Shown: positions 50,285-59,087 of the stretch, piece after piece
How the letters are laid out: every line of letters starts with the position of its first letter
How positions within the stretch are numbered: the first letter of the stretch is position 1
Assembly (NCBI GenBank): GCA_013824115.1
Contig: PNNG01000016.1
Location: 7,686 to 71,685, forward strand
Direction of reading: 5' to 3'
Length of the DNA stretch: 64,000 nt
DNA from: Sphingobacteriaceae bacterium
GTDB lineage: Bacteria > Bacteroidota > Bacteroidia > UBA7662
Notes under the pieces: generated by a model
Told to the model about the DNA's origin: nothing
The model's database searches: none
Seen by the model: only the letters and a program-made list of their open reading frames with translations
Translations under genes and position numbers: made by a program

Positions 50285-50293
50285 CTAAAAAAA

Positions 50294-50836
50294 TTACTTC
50301 AATGCTTCTACAGGGATTTCCACCGAAGTTTTATCCCACACCATGGTAAGGGTACTCACCTTACCGGTTTTATCAAATTTAATGGTGAAAGCTTCCCAGC
50401 TTTGGTCTACCATTTTCACGGGTACGTCAAAGCGCAATTGGTCTTGCTTCTGTTTGTAGTCGTATTCGCCCCATAAGCCCACTTCCTTATTCAAAATAAT
50501 GGTCCATTTATTGGCTTGAGGAATGGCAAACAGGGTATAGGTACCTGCTGGCAGGGTTTTTCCACCTATTTTGATTTTGTGCGTAGTGGTTAGCTCGGTG
50601 GCTTCATTGGCACCCAAGCGCCATACTTTGTCGTATGGAACCAGGCCTCCAAAAATTTGCCGGTCGTTTTTAAAGGGCTGACTGTAAATGATGCGGATAT
50701 AGGTCTTACCCGATTTAAGCTGGGTAACCGCCAATGGGCTTTTTCGTGGTTTGGGTGCGGCCTGGGCTTGAACGTCGTAGGTGGTTGACAAGCTCCAAGT
50801 GAGCACGAGTGCCAATAAGGCAAATAACTTCTTCAT
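50294..50836 (-). CDS. DUF2911 domain-containing secreted protein
   Basis: 180 aa with a signal peptide and DUF2911-like motifs ('IFGGLVPYDKVWRLGANEAT', 'LPAGTYTLFAIP'). Confidence 0.75.
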   Translation of the reverse strand: MKKLFALLALVLTWSLSTTYDVQAQAAPKPRKSPLAVTQLKSGKTYIRIIYSQPFKNDRQIFGGLVPYDKVWRLGANEATELTTTHKIKIGGKTLPAGTYTLFAIPQANKWTIILNKEVGLWGEYDYKQKQDQLRFDVPVKMVDQSWEAFTIKFDKTGKVSTLTMVWDKTSVEIPVEALK

Positions 50837-50929
50837 AAGGTCAAATTTCGACTAATGACTCGGTAACCACAAGGGATGTGGCGACAAAGACTTGATATTA
50901 ACCTTTTTTAATGCCTTATGGTTTTGAGC

Positions 50930-52444
50930 TTATGGCCGTTGAATGTTGTAAATGCGCGACAATCGGGCTGGCTCTTCTCTTTTTTGACCTGTAAATTGGA
51001 TGGTTTTACCGCTTACCACCGCTTTTTCTGCAGCTCCGCTATGCAATTGCAGGTATTGCGCTGTGCTGATTTCGGTACGGTTGGCAAGCAGCGCATCTAA
51101 ACCAAATGCCTTGGCTGTAGCTTGCCAATGGCTGGCCAACTGCATGCTGAAAACCTTGCTTTTCGATCCACTGCCATAGGCAATGCCTCCCAAACGGCTT
51201 CCTTCCGGCAAATGCGCTGGGGCATGGTATAACCAACTGGCCAAGGCCAAAAAAATGCTTCCGGTATACACATTGCCTACTTGCTGAGAAGCGAGTTGAC
51301 CGGCGTCAATTTTATCTTTCACGAATTGCTTGTAGGGCTCCGATTTGGCTACCCATTTTTCGGCACCTTCGCTCGCGACTTCGTTACCAAAATAGGTCTC
51401 CCACAAGCCTGCATCTGCTACGGCGCGGGTGTAGGTGCCCGAAAGCATGCGTTTTCCGTGGAAAGCATAGGGCAGGTGGAATACGAGGCCTTGCCACTTT
51501 TCAAGCAGTAGTTGTGCAATGCTCGTGACTGCCTGCGAGGCGTAATGGGCAAGGGCTTCCTCCATGCGGTCGGTGTAGCACTGGTTGCTGTACTGCCCGT
51601 CGAACAAGGGTGTGTCGTCGTGCCCCTGGAAATACACATCGGGGGTAGTGAAGTCGCTCGGATGAGAAGCTTGCATTTGGGTCCATACTTCTTCTACCGA
51701 CGCCTCACTGCCAGCAGCCTCCAAAACTTGCTGGAGCAGTTCCTTTTTGTGGATAGGGCGGAGGGGCTTGTAAAAATCATGCACCCCTTCCATGCCTACT
51801 CCCCAGTGCGGGTCGAAGGTCAACAATCCCGGCTCATGCCGAACCAACACGGCTACGGCTCCAGCGCCCTGGGTGTATTCACCGGTAGAGTGTTGTTGAT
51901 AGCGGGCCGTATCGGAAGCAACCACGATGGCTTGGCGTTGGGCCGCGAGGCCGCCTGCCAGCACCCAATCGATGGCGTTTTGAAGCGCATCAATGGCTCC
52001 AATGCAGGCAAAAGTCATGTCTACCACATCGCAATGTTGTAGGCTACGCTTTCCGTGGGCGAGTTCGAACCAATCTTCCACCAACTTGGCTATGTAAGTG
52101 GCGGTAGGTTTGGCGCCATCAACAGCGCTTTCGGTACCCAAATACAAGCGGCCAATGGCCTTTGGCGAAAGCTGCTGTTTTTCGAGCAAGTCAATCACCG
52201 CACGGGCTCCCAGGGTGACCACATCTTCGTCGGCATCGGGTACCGCCATTTGCTCCAGGCCCAAACCCAAACGCAATTTGTCGGCCTCTAAGCCACGCAA
52301 TTCGGCCAAAGCGGTAATGGGGTAACGAAGCGCTGGAAGGGCAACAGAGAGGTCGTGGATGCCAACAGCAACAGATGAATTAGACAATGCCGTAATGTTT
52401 AAAAAATTGATACGATGCGAATTACGATAATTGAAACGCACCAA
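50930..52444 (-). CDS. hydroxymethylglutaryl-CoA synthase family protein
   Basis: Thiolase-fold HMGS pattern ('GIHDLSVALP','LYLGTESAVDGAKP','DMTFACIGAIDAL','GNVYTGSIFLALAS'). The start is uncertain. The track uses TTG at 52444, and TTG at 52387 (MSNSSVAVGIHD...) looks more plausible. Confidence 0.8.
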   Translation of the reverse strand: MVRFNYRNSHRINFLNITALSNSSVAVGIHDLSVALPALRYPITALAELRGLEADKLRLGLGLEQMAVPDADEDVVTLGARAVIDLLEKQQLSPKAIGRLYLGTESAVDGAKPTATYIAKLVEDWFELAHGKRSLQHCDVVDMTFACIGAIDALQNAIDWVLAGGLAAQRQAIVVASDTARYQQHSTGEYTQGAGAVAVLVRHEPGLLTFDPHWGVGMEGVHDFYKPLRPIHKKELLQQVLEAAGSEASVEEVWTQMQASHPSDFTTPDVYFQGHDDTPLFDGQYSNQCYTDRMEEALAHYASQAVTSIAQLLLEKWQGLVFHLPYAFHGKRMLSGTYTRAVADAGLWETYFGNEVASEGAEKWVAKSEPYKQFVKDKIDAGQLASQQVGNVYTGSIFLALASWLYHAPAHLPEGSRLGGIAYGSGSKSKVFSMQLASHWQATAKAFGLDALLANRTEISTAQYLQLHSGAAEKAVVSGKTIQFTGQKREEPARLSRIYNIQRP

Positions 52445-52555
52445 CGGGCAAAAGGTGTGGCCTTCCCGAAAAATTAGGTTTTTTTCAATGGGGCCACTTA
52501 AAATGGGCCTTCAATGGAACCGAAAGCCTCCCAAAGGCCTGCCATTAGAAAATCC

Positions 52556-53212
52556 TTAAGGCAACTCTTGAAGTAAACTTTCTATGCCCGACTTCAAAGC
52601 GGGTAACTGACCGTCGTTGGTGCCGTCGTACACCCCTCTGATGCGCTTGTTGGCATCGAGAAGGATGATGTGGCCCGAATGAATGTAGCCTCCAGGTGCT
52701 AAACTGTCGGCCTGGGCATGACTGAGGTAGGCTTTTTGGGCCAAGTAGTAAATCACTGCTTCTTCGCCCCTCAAAAAGAGCCAGTTACGACCTTGCGCAC
52801 CTGCTTGTTTGGCGTATTGGGCCAATACCTCGCGTGTATCGTAGGTTGGGTCAACCGAATGTGAAAGCAAGCGTATGCGTGAATCGCTGCTGAACTGCTC
52901 ATTCAGCTTCCGCATATTACGCAAGAGGTCTTTGCAAATAGTGGGACAAGTGCTAAAAAAGAAGTCGACCACCAGCACCTGATTTTCGAGGCTGTCGGGC
53001 GTAATGGGAAGTCCGTATTGGTCTTCCAGTACAAAATCGGGATAGGGATAAAATACCGTATCTACGCTTCCATCAGTCTGTGAGACCAATTCCATGGGCC
53101 CAAGTACAGGCAAGCGCTCGGGTTGTTCCGATGGCTGGCAGGCTGCAGCCCAGAGGGCAAGCGCCAACAGCGATACATACTTACTTACCCAATAGCGACT
53201 TGGCATCGGCAA
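52556..53212 (-). CDS. SCO1/SenC family copper chaperone (intact CxxxC)
   Basis: 218 aa with the lipobox 'WAAAC', the canonical 'VDFFFSTCPTICKD', and a conserved His in 'YIHSGHIILLD'. Confidence 0.85.
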   Translation of the reverse strand: MPMPSRYWVSKYVSLLALALWAAACQPSEQPERLPVLGPMELVSQTDGSVDTVFYPYPDFVLEDQYGLPITPDSLENQVLVVDFFFSTCPTICKDLLRNMRKLNEQFSSDSRIRLLSHSVDPTYDTREVLAQYAKQAGAQGRNWLFLRGEEAVIYYLAQKAYLSHAQADSLAPGGYIHSGHIILLDANKRIRGVYDGTNDGQLPALKSGIESLLQELP

Positions 53213-53582
53213 TGCTGCTTTCCATTTGCGCTTTCACTTTTTCAATGGCTTGCAGCTGAAATTCAGCCACTGGCTTCAGCTCTTCGAGCGACTTTTTGTA
53301 GTCGGGCATTTGGTAATTGTGCATCCAGTCTTTCATGCCGTCTTCGCCTTTTACCAAGGCTTCGTAGGCCGCCTCCAAGGCTGCCTTGTCGGTAGAAGTG
53401 CTGTCGAGGCTTTCGATTTTTGCCTTTATTTCACCTTTGAGGGCAATGATTTCACCCATTTTGGGCATCACTTCGTCGTGCAACTCAATGGCCCTGGCGT
53501 CCATTTCTTTGATGGCGGCTTTGTCTTGGCCGCAAGCCAAAAGCACGAGGGGAAGGAGCAGGAGGTAGAGGAGTTTATGCAT
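53181..53582 (-). CDS. hypothetical helical lipoprotein
   Basis: 133 aa from ATG 53582 with the lipobox 'LVLLAC'. It is Lys/Glu/Ala-rich. Its stop overlaps the SCO start by about 26-32 nt, implying one operon. Confidence 0.55.
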   Translation of the reverse strand: MHKLLYLLLLPLVLLACGQDKAAIKEMDARAIELHDEVMPKMGEIIALKGEIKAKIESLDSTSTDKAALEAAYEALVKGEDGMKDWMHNYQMPDYKKSLEELKPVAEFQLQAIEKVKAQMESSIADAKSLLGK

Positions 53583-53846
53583 AGTTCTAAAGTTCAAAGT
53601 TAAGCGAAGCGAAATCCCGAGAGGCGATAGCCGATTCGGGATTCAAAGTTAAGCGAAGCGAAATCCCGAGAGGCGATAGCCGATTCGGGATTCAAAGTTG
53701 AGCGAAGCGAAATCCCGAGAGGCGATAGCCGATTCGGGATTCAAAGTTGAGCGAAGCGAAATCCCGAGAGGCGATAGCCGATTCGGGATTCAAAGTTAAG
53801 CGAAGCGAAATCCCGAGAGGCGATAACCGATTCGGGATACAAAGTT
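53583..53846. repeat. tandem array of five 49-bp hairpin-containing repeats preceded by GTTCAAA-type heptamers
   Basis: Units start at 53602, 53651, 53700, 53749 and 53798, an exact 49-bp period. The unit is RAGCGAAGCGAAATCCCGAGAGGCGATAGCCGATTCGGGATTCAAAGTT. Each carries the inverted repeat AATCCCGA/TCGGGATT. Only the first base and two bases of the last unit vary. Confidence 0.9.
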
Positions 53847-53891
53847 ACGGGTTCATCGGCAGTTTTCGCACCGCCCCAACCAAGCATGGCC

Positions 53892-55070
53892 TCAAGCTTT
53901 CCGTCGCTTGCGCTCGGCAACAATCAAACTCAGCTCGCGCGACATTTGTCCGGCAATGCTGGTGTTTTCGTGTGCCCGGCGGATGAGGTAAGGCAACATA
54001 GCGCGCACAGGAGCATAAGGCAAGTATTTAGCCACCTGATACCCGGCATGGGCCAGGTTGTAGCTGATGTGGTCGCTCATGCCTTTGAGTTGGGCGAACC
54101 AAATGCGTGGATGTTTGTGGTCGATGCCGTGTTTAGACATCAATTCGGCCAGCAAGCGGTTGCTGTCTTCGTTGTGGCTGCCCGAACAAACGGCCATGTG
54201 CTCAATATGCTCTACGCAAAAAGCCAAAGCGGCATTGTAATCGCGGTCGCTCGAGGCTTTGTCGGGCTGAATGGGAGAGGGATAGCCTTTTTCAGCAGCC
54301 CGTTCGCGCTCTTTTTCCATGTAGGCACCGCGTACCAGCTTAACGGCGTACCAATAGCCCTTTTCACGAGCGTTGGCAAACGCCTTTTTCATGTAAGCCA
54401 ATCGGTCGTGGCGGTACAACTGAATAGTATTGTACACAATAGGAGCCTCGCGGTTGTAGCGCTCCATCATTTCGGTGGCCAAGGCGTCGATGGCATCTTG
54501 TATCCAACTTTCTTCGGCATCGATGAAGAGGGGTTGTCCTGCCTCAAAAGCAGCTTTGGCAATGCCGTCGACCCGTCTTTGGGCACGTTCCCATTCGGCC
54601 TGTTCGTCGGCGTTGAGGACAGCACCTTCATTCAATTTCTCCAACAAACCAAAACGCACTACGCCGGTGGTTTTAAATACCGAAAAGGGAATGCAGGCAT
54701 CGCCTTTGGCTTTTTGGATGGTGCGGATAATTTCGGCCTGACAGGCATCAAACTCCGCTTCCGATTCCTTGCCTTCTACCGAATAGTCGAGGATGGTGCC
54801 AATACCGTAACGCGAGAGTTCCGTCATGCTTTTTTCGCAGCCCGCAATGCTTTCTCCCCCGCAAAACTGGTCGTAAACCGTAGCTTTCACCATGGGATCG
54901 ATGGGAAGGCGCAATTTCAAAGCCAATGGGGCCAGCGCCGATAGAGTTTCTACCAGCCACTTGGCATTCATCAGGCGGAACATCCAATACGACTTCCGTA
55001 ATTCTTGGTCTGATTTGCCTGCAAAAGCAATGGCGGTATTCGAAAAATCGAGGCGTGGGTGTGCTTCCAT
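53892..55070 (-). CDS. proline dehydrogenase family protein
   Basis: 392-aa monofunctional PutA-like TIM barrel ('GIGTILDYSVEG', 'VKLVRGAYMEKER', 'FAQLKGMSD'). Confidence 0.88.
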   Translation of the reverse strand: MEAHPRLDFSNTAIAFAGKSDQELRKSYWMFRLMNAKWLVETLSALAPLALKLRLPIDPMVKATVYDQFCGGESIAGCEKSMTELSRYGIGTILDYSVEGKESEAEFDACQAEIIRTIQKAKGDACIPFSVFKTTGVVRFGLLEKLNEGAVLNADEQAEWERAQRRVDGIAKAAFEAGQPLFIDAEESWIQDAIDALATEMMERYNREAPIVYNTIQLYRHDRLAYMKKAFANAREKGYWYAVKLVRGAYMEKERERAAEKGYPSPIQPDKASSDRDYNAALAFCVEHIEHMAVCSGSHNEDSNRLLAELMSKHGIDHKHPRIWFAQLKGMSDHISYNLAHAGYQVAKYLPYAPVRAMLPYLIRRAHENTSIAGQMSRELSLIVAERKRRKA

Positions 55071-55189
55071 GGTTGCGAAATGAGCTGTGCAAAGTTAACA
55101 GCCCAAAGCGAGGCTTGGTTGTTACCAATGCAAATTTGCTCACCACTGTTTGGCTGAAATACTGCCCCTATGCTGCCTTTTAGGAATTT

Positions 55190-56512
55190 TCAATGTTTCA
55201 AAAAACGCTGCCAATAGGTTCTATTCGGCGTTTCCACAAACAATAAATATACGCCTTTTGCCAAAAAATCAATTTTTACCGATTTGTCTGCTGCAGTGAT
55301 CTCTCCTTGCAGCAATCGTTTTCCGTGCAAGTCGAAAATGCTGTAGGTCTGCTGTCCAACTTCATTCGCTAGCTGAAAAAATAGCACATTGCTGGCAGGA
55401 TTGGGGTACAAAAGCATGCCTTCAGGCATTTCCTCAGCAAAAACGGAGCTGATATTGGGCAGCAAAAAGCCGGTATTTCGCAAGGCAATGGCATGCAAGG
55501 TAGAAGCTTCAATTTTCAACCAATTGTTTGCATTTCCTATGCGCACAGGTGCCAGGCGGTCGGTGGTGCTTGAGTCGCCCAATTGCCTGAAGTTGTTTGC
55601 ACCCCATGCCCAAAGCGATTGGTCGGTTTTGATGGCATATACATTGGCCTCTCCCGAAGCTATTTGGCTCCAGTTTGAATCGGTGCCAATTTGCACAAAA
55701 CCAGCCGAGGTATTGCTGTTGCCTTGCCCCAGTTGACCGGCGTAATTCAAACTTCCCATCGACCAGAGGGTGCCGTTGTTCTTGATGGCAATTAAACCAC
55801 TGGCAATTACGCTCAAATCACGCCAATCGTTTGCCGTGCCTACACGTACCGGCAAGGTATCGCGCTGGGCATTTCCCCACAGCCAAATGCTGCCATCGGT
55901 TTTTATGCCCCCCGAATTTTGGTTGATCGCATCAATTTTTGCCCAGTTGTTGTCGGTACCAATTTGGGTAGGATTTCTGTTGATAACTCCAGCCGTATTG
56001 TTTGTCCAGCGCCAAATGGTGCCATTCGATTTGAGACCAATCATATGGTCCATGCCGCCTTTGAGGTCTACCCATTGGTTGTCGGTACCAATTTGTTGCG
56101 GTACCGTGTCGAGGATGTTCCACAGTGTACCGTCGGTTTTGATGGCATAACGTCCGGAGTTTGAGAAACCTGCCAGCTTCCAGTTGTTGTCGTTGCCGTA
56201 ACGTTGAATGTCGGGTGCTAAGCTCGGGTTGCCATTGTTTTGCCACCTCCACAAACTGCCATCGGAGCGTACACCAGCCGAAGCCGCGCTCGCCCCGGCT
56301 GCACACAAATGCACAAACTCACCACCGGGAGAGATAATGGGCACCGGTTGACGGAAATGGAAAGGCCAGGGATTTTGAAAGTTGGTGCCGTAAAAATTGT
56401 TTATGTTGTAAAAGCTGCCGATTGGACTTCCCCAAGTCCATAAAAAATTGTTTTGGGCCTTTGTAGCAACCGTGGTGCACAAGCCAAGCAAGCCGAATAA
56501 AAGGTATTTCAT
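55190..56512 (-). CDS. RCC1-like beta-propeller repeat protein with T9SS C-terminal domain
   Basis: 440 aa with a signal peptide and about 6 repeats of the type 'IKTDGSLWxWG...QIGTDNNW'. The Por_Secre_tail reads 'LYPNPASNVLFFQL...GVYLLFVET'. Confidence 0.8.
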   Translation of the reverse strand: MKYLLFGLLGLCTTVATKAQNNFLWTWGSPIGSFYNINNFYGTNFQNPWPFHFRQPVPIISPGGEFVHLCAAGASAASAGVRSDGSLWRWQNNGNPSLAPDIQRYGNDNNWKLAGFSNSGRYAIKTDGTLWNILDTVPQQIGTDNQWVDLKGGMDHMIGLKSNGTIWRWTNNTAGVINRNPTQIGTDNNWAKIDAINQNSGGIKTDGSIWLWGNAQRDTLPVRVGTANDWRDLSVIASGLIAIKNNGTLWSMGSLNYAGQLGQGNSNTSAGFVQIGTDSNWSQIASGEANVYAIKTDQSLWAWGANNFRQLGDSSTTDRLAPVRIGNANNWLKIEASTLHAIALRNTGFLLPNISSVFAEEMPEGMLLYPNPASNVLFFQLANEVGQQTYSIFDLHGKRLLQGEITAADKSVKIDFLAKGVYLLFVETPNRTYWQRFLKH

Positions 56513-56669
56513 GTTTTTTTTTGGACAATTTTAGCGCAGAAACAAAGGGCAAAAAATGCCGTGGATTGGGTATTTTCACTACCAACTTGCCAGCACGATT
56601 GGCCATGAAGCTGCAAATGGAATGGCAATTTGTGCTGCTCTCAACCTTTCTGCGTTATTTTGCGTTTAA

Positions 56670-57785
56670 ATGCTGATGAAACCACAACTGGATTTAGTGC
56701 CTAAAGCTGCGTGGAAAGCCCATGGTCCTTTGCTTATTGCCGGTCCCTGCAGTGCCGAAACGCCTGCCCAATTCCGTGCCACCCTCACGCCTTTGGCCGA
56801 GCTAAAGCCCGATTTTGTGCGTGCTGGCATTTGGAAGCCGCGTACCCGTCCGAACAGTTTCGAAGGAGTAGGGGTAGATGCGCTCGCTTGGAGCGTGGAA
56901 ATCAGTCGCGAATTGGGTTTACCTTTGGCCGTTGAAGTGGCTAGCGGCAAGCACGTGGAAGCTGCATTGAAAGCCGGCGTGAGCCTGTTGTGGGTGGGTG
57001 CCCGCACCACGGTAAATCCGTTTATGGTGCAAGACATTGCCGATGCAGTGCAGGGCGTAAACAATCCGATGCTCGTGAAAAATCCGGTGAACCCCGATTT
57101 GGAGCTGTGGATTGGTGCCATCGAACGCCTCAACAAGGCGGGCATCCGCAAGTTGGGGGCTATTCACCGCGGTTTTTCGGGTTACGAAAAGAGCATTTTC
57201 CGCAACCACCCCAATTGGGAAATTCCCATTGAACTCAAGCGCCTTTTGCCCGATATGCTGCTCATTGCCGATCCTTCGCACATCAGCGGCAACCGTTTGC
57301 TGGTGCCCGAAACAGCGCAAGTAGCGCTCGATTTGGATTTCGACGGCTTGATGATCGAAACCCATTGCGATCCTGAAAATGCCTGGAGCGACGCCCGCCA
57401 GCAAATTACCCCCGCCAGCTTGGGAGAATTGCTGCAAAACCTTATTTACCGTCGACCACAAACCGACGATGTGGTGTTCAATGCCCGTTTGGAGGCCCTG
57501 CGCCGCGACATCGACGGGGTAGATGCCGCATTGTTGGACTTGTTGGCCAAGCGTTTGGCCCTGACTTCGGAGGTGGGTGCCGTGAAAAAAGACAACGACA
57601 TTACCATTTTGCAACCCGAGCGCTGGGCCGAAATTGTGGAAAGTCGACTTCAAAAATCGGGCAGTCTGGGCATGGACCCCACCTTCGTAACCCGCCTGTT
57701 GCAGCTGCTTCACCAGGAAAGCATCAATACCCAAGTGAAAATGTTCCAAGAGGCACGCCTAAACGCCTCCAAAACCGCTGAATGA
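56670..57785 (+). CDS. bifunctional 3-deoxy-7-phosphoheptulonate (DAHP) synthase / chorismate mutase type II
   Basis: 371 aa. The N-terminal type I-beta DAHPS/KDO8PS-like barrel has 'LIAGPCSAE' and 'WVGARTT'. The C-terminal chorismate mutase helix bundle has 'LRRDIDGVDAALLDLLAKRLALTSEVGAVK'. Confidence 0.9.
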   Translation: MLMKPQLDLVPKAAWKAHGPLLIAGPCSAETPAQFRATLTPLAELKPDFVRAGIWKPRTRPNSFEGVGVDALAWSVEISRELGLPLAVEVASGKHVEAALKAGVSLLWVGARTTVNPFMVQDIADAVQGVNNPMLVKNPVNPDLELWIGAIERLNKAGIRKLGAIHRGFSGYEKSIFRNHPNWEIPIELKRLLPDMLLIADPSHISGNRLLVPETAQVALDLDFDGLMIETHCDPENAWSDARQQITPASLGELLQNLIYRRPQTDDVVFNARLEALRRDIDGVDAALLDLLAKRLALTSEVGAVKKDNDITILQPERWAEIVESRLQKSGSLGMDPTFVTRLLQLLHQESINTQVKMFQEARLNASKTAE

Positions 57786-58801
57786 GTACACCGCTGTATT
57801 TCAGCGATGATTTGGAGGTCGATATGGAGGCCTTTGTAGCCGACCGCTATTCGGCCCGCTTCGTTTTGGCTGATACCAACACACGCCTGCATGCCGAACC
57901 TTTGGCCAAAGCACTCAACGCCAAATTGCTGGTTGTGCCTGCTGGTGAAAACCACAAAAATCTCCAACAAGCCGAAAAAATTTGGCAGCAACTGCTCAAT
58001 GCGGGGGCCGACCGCCGGGCGGTGCTTCTCAACCTGGGCGGCGGCATGATTACCGATTTGGGTGGATTTGTGGCCGCTAGTTATAAACGCGGTATTTCCT
58101 GCATCCATGTGCCTTCCAGTTTATTGGCCATGGTAGATGCTGCGCACGGCAGCAAAACAGGCATCAATATGGGCGGTGTAAAAAACGCCATCGGCCATTT
58201 TTATCCAGCCGAAGCCATTTTTATTCACGCAGCCCTGCTCGATACCTTGCCTTTGCGCGAATTGCAAAGCGGCAAGGCCGAAATGTTCAAACATGGCTTG
58301 CTGGGCGATGCGGAATTGTGGCAGCAAATGACAGCTCTTCCGGCAGCAGCTAGGCCCGGTCGTGCTTTGCTCGAACGTGCCATTGCCCTCAAAACCACAA
58401 TTGCAGCCGCTGACCCCACCGAAAAAGGCCTACGCAAACTCCTTAACCTGGGCCATACTTTTGGCCATGCTTTCGAAAGTTATTTCATGTACAGCAGCAC
58501 GCCTTGGTTGCACGGTGAGGCCATTTTTGCAGGGATGCTGCTAGAAGCCCGGTTATCGAATCGGCTGGGTTTGCTGAGCGAAGCCGATTTAGATGAAATA
58601 CAACGGGTGCTTCAAAACTGGCAGCCCGCTGGAAAATGGCCTCCGTTGGCGCTCATTTTACCTTGGTTACTTAACGATAAAAAGAACCACAGCAGTCAGG
58701 TGCAATTTGTACTTCCCGTCGCCATCGGCAGCGCGGTGTACGACCAAGCCGTTTCGGTTGCCGATTTGGAAAAGTGGTACCCCCAACTCCTTGAAGGATG
58801 A
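57782..58801 (+). CDS. aroB: 3-dehydroquinate synthase
   Basis: 339 aa with 'LGGGMITDLGGFVAASYKRGISCIHVPSSLLAMVDAAHGSKTGIN' and 'LNLGHTFGHAFE'. Its start overlaps the previous stop as ATGA. Confidence 0.92.
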   Translation: MSTPLYFSDDLEVDMEAFVADRYSARFVLADTNTRLHAEPLAKALNAKLLVVPAGENHKNLQQAEKIWQQLLNAGADRRAVLLNLGGGMITDLGGFVAASYKRGISCIHVPSSLLAMVDAAHGSKTGINMGGVKNAIGHFYPAEAIFIHAALLDTLPLRELQSGKAEMFKHGLLGDAELWQQMTALPAAARPGRALLERAIALKTTIAAADPTEKGLRKLLNLGHTFGHAFESYFMYSSTPWLHGEAIFAGMLLEARLSNRLGLLSEADLDEIQRVLQNWQPAGKWPPLALILPWLLNDKKNHSSQVQFVLPVAIGSAVYDQAVSVADLEKWYPQLLEG

Positions 58802-59087
58802 AGATTTCAAAGCCATCGACCCGTTCGTTGGTCAAAGTTGTGAATTTGCCTGCAACTAAAATCGTTGGTTTTATTCTCTGCGGCCTCCGGCCAAGTTGCG
58901 TAGCAACAATGGCCAAAAGGCTCCGTTCACTCCAGGCCCGCGTGCAGCCGTTCTTGATGTCAATGAATGCCAATTCAAGTGCCAATAGTAGTGGGCTTGC
59001 ACAGTGGGAATTCGTGACAAGTACTCCCTCCGCGCCTCTGCGCTGTGCCCCGGCTATCCGGGGGTTCAATCCTGAAACCCGCTAGTC

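Noticed and set aside
53602-53846. The 49-bp repeat array as a CRISPR array.
   Set aside because: The repeats are directly adjacent with an exact 49-bp period and no unique spacers. No cas genes or leader-like region are nearby. It is a tandem repeat, not a CRISPR array.
59040-59087. The tRNA/tmRNA-like T-loop string 'GGTTCAATCC' just upstream of aroA.
   Set aside because: The flanking bases do not form a T-stem or an acceptor stem, there is no CCA or cloverleaf context, and nothing tRNA-sized folds around it. This is probably a chance match.
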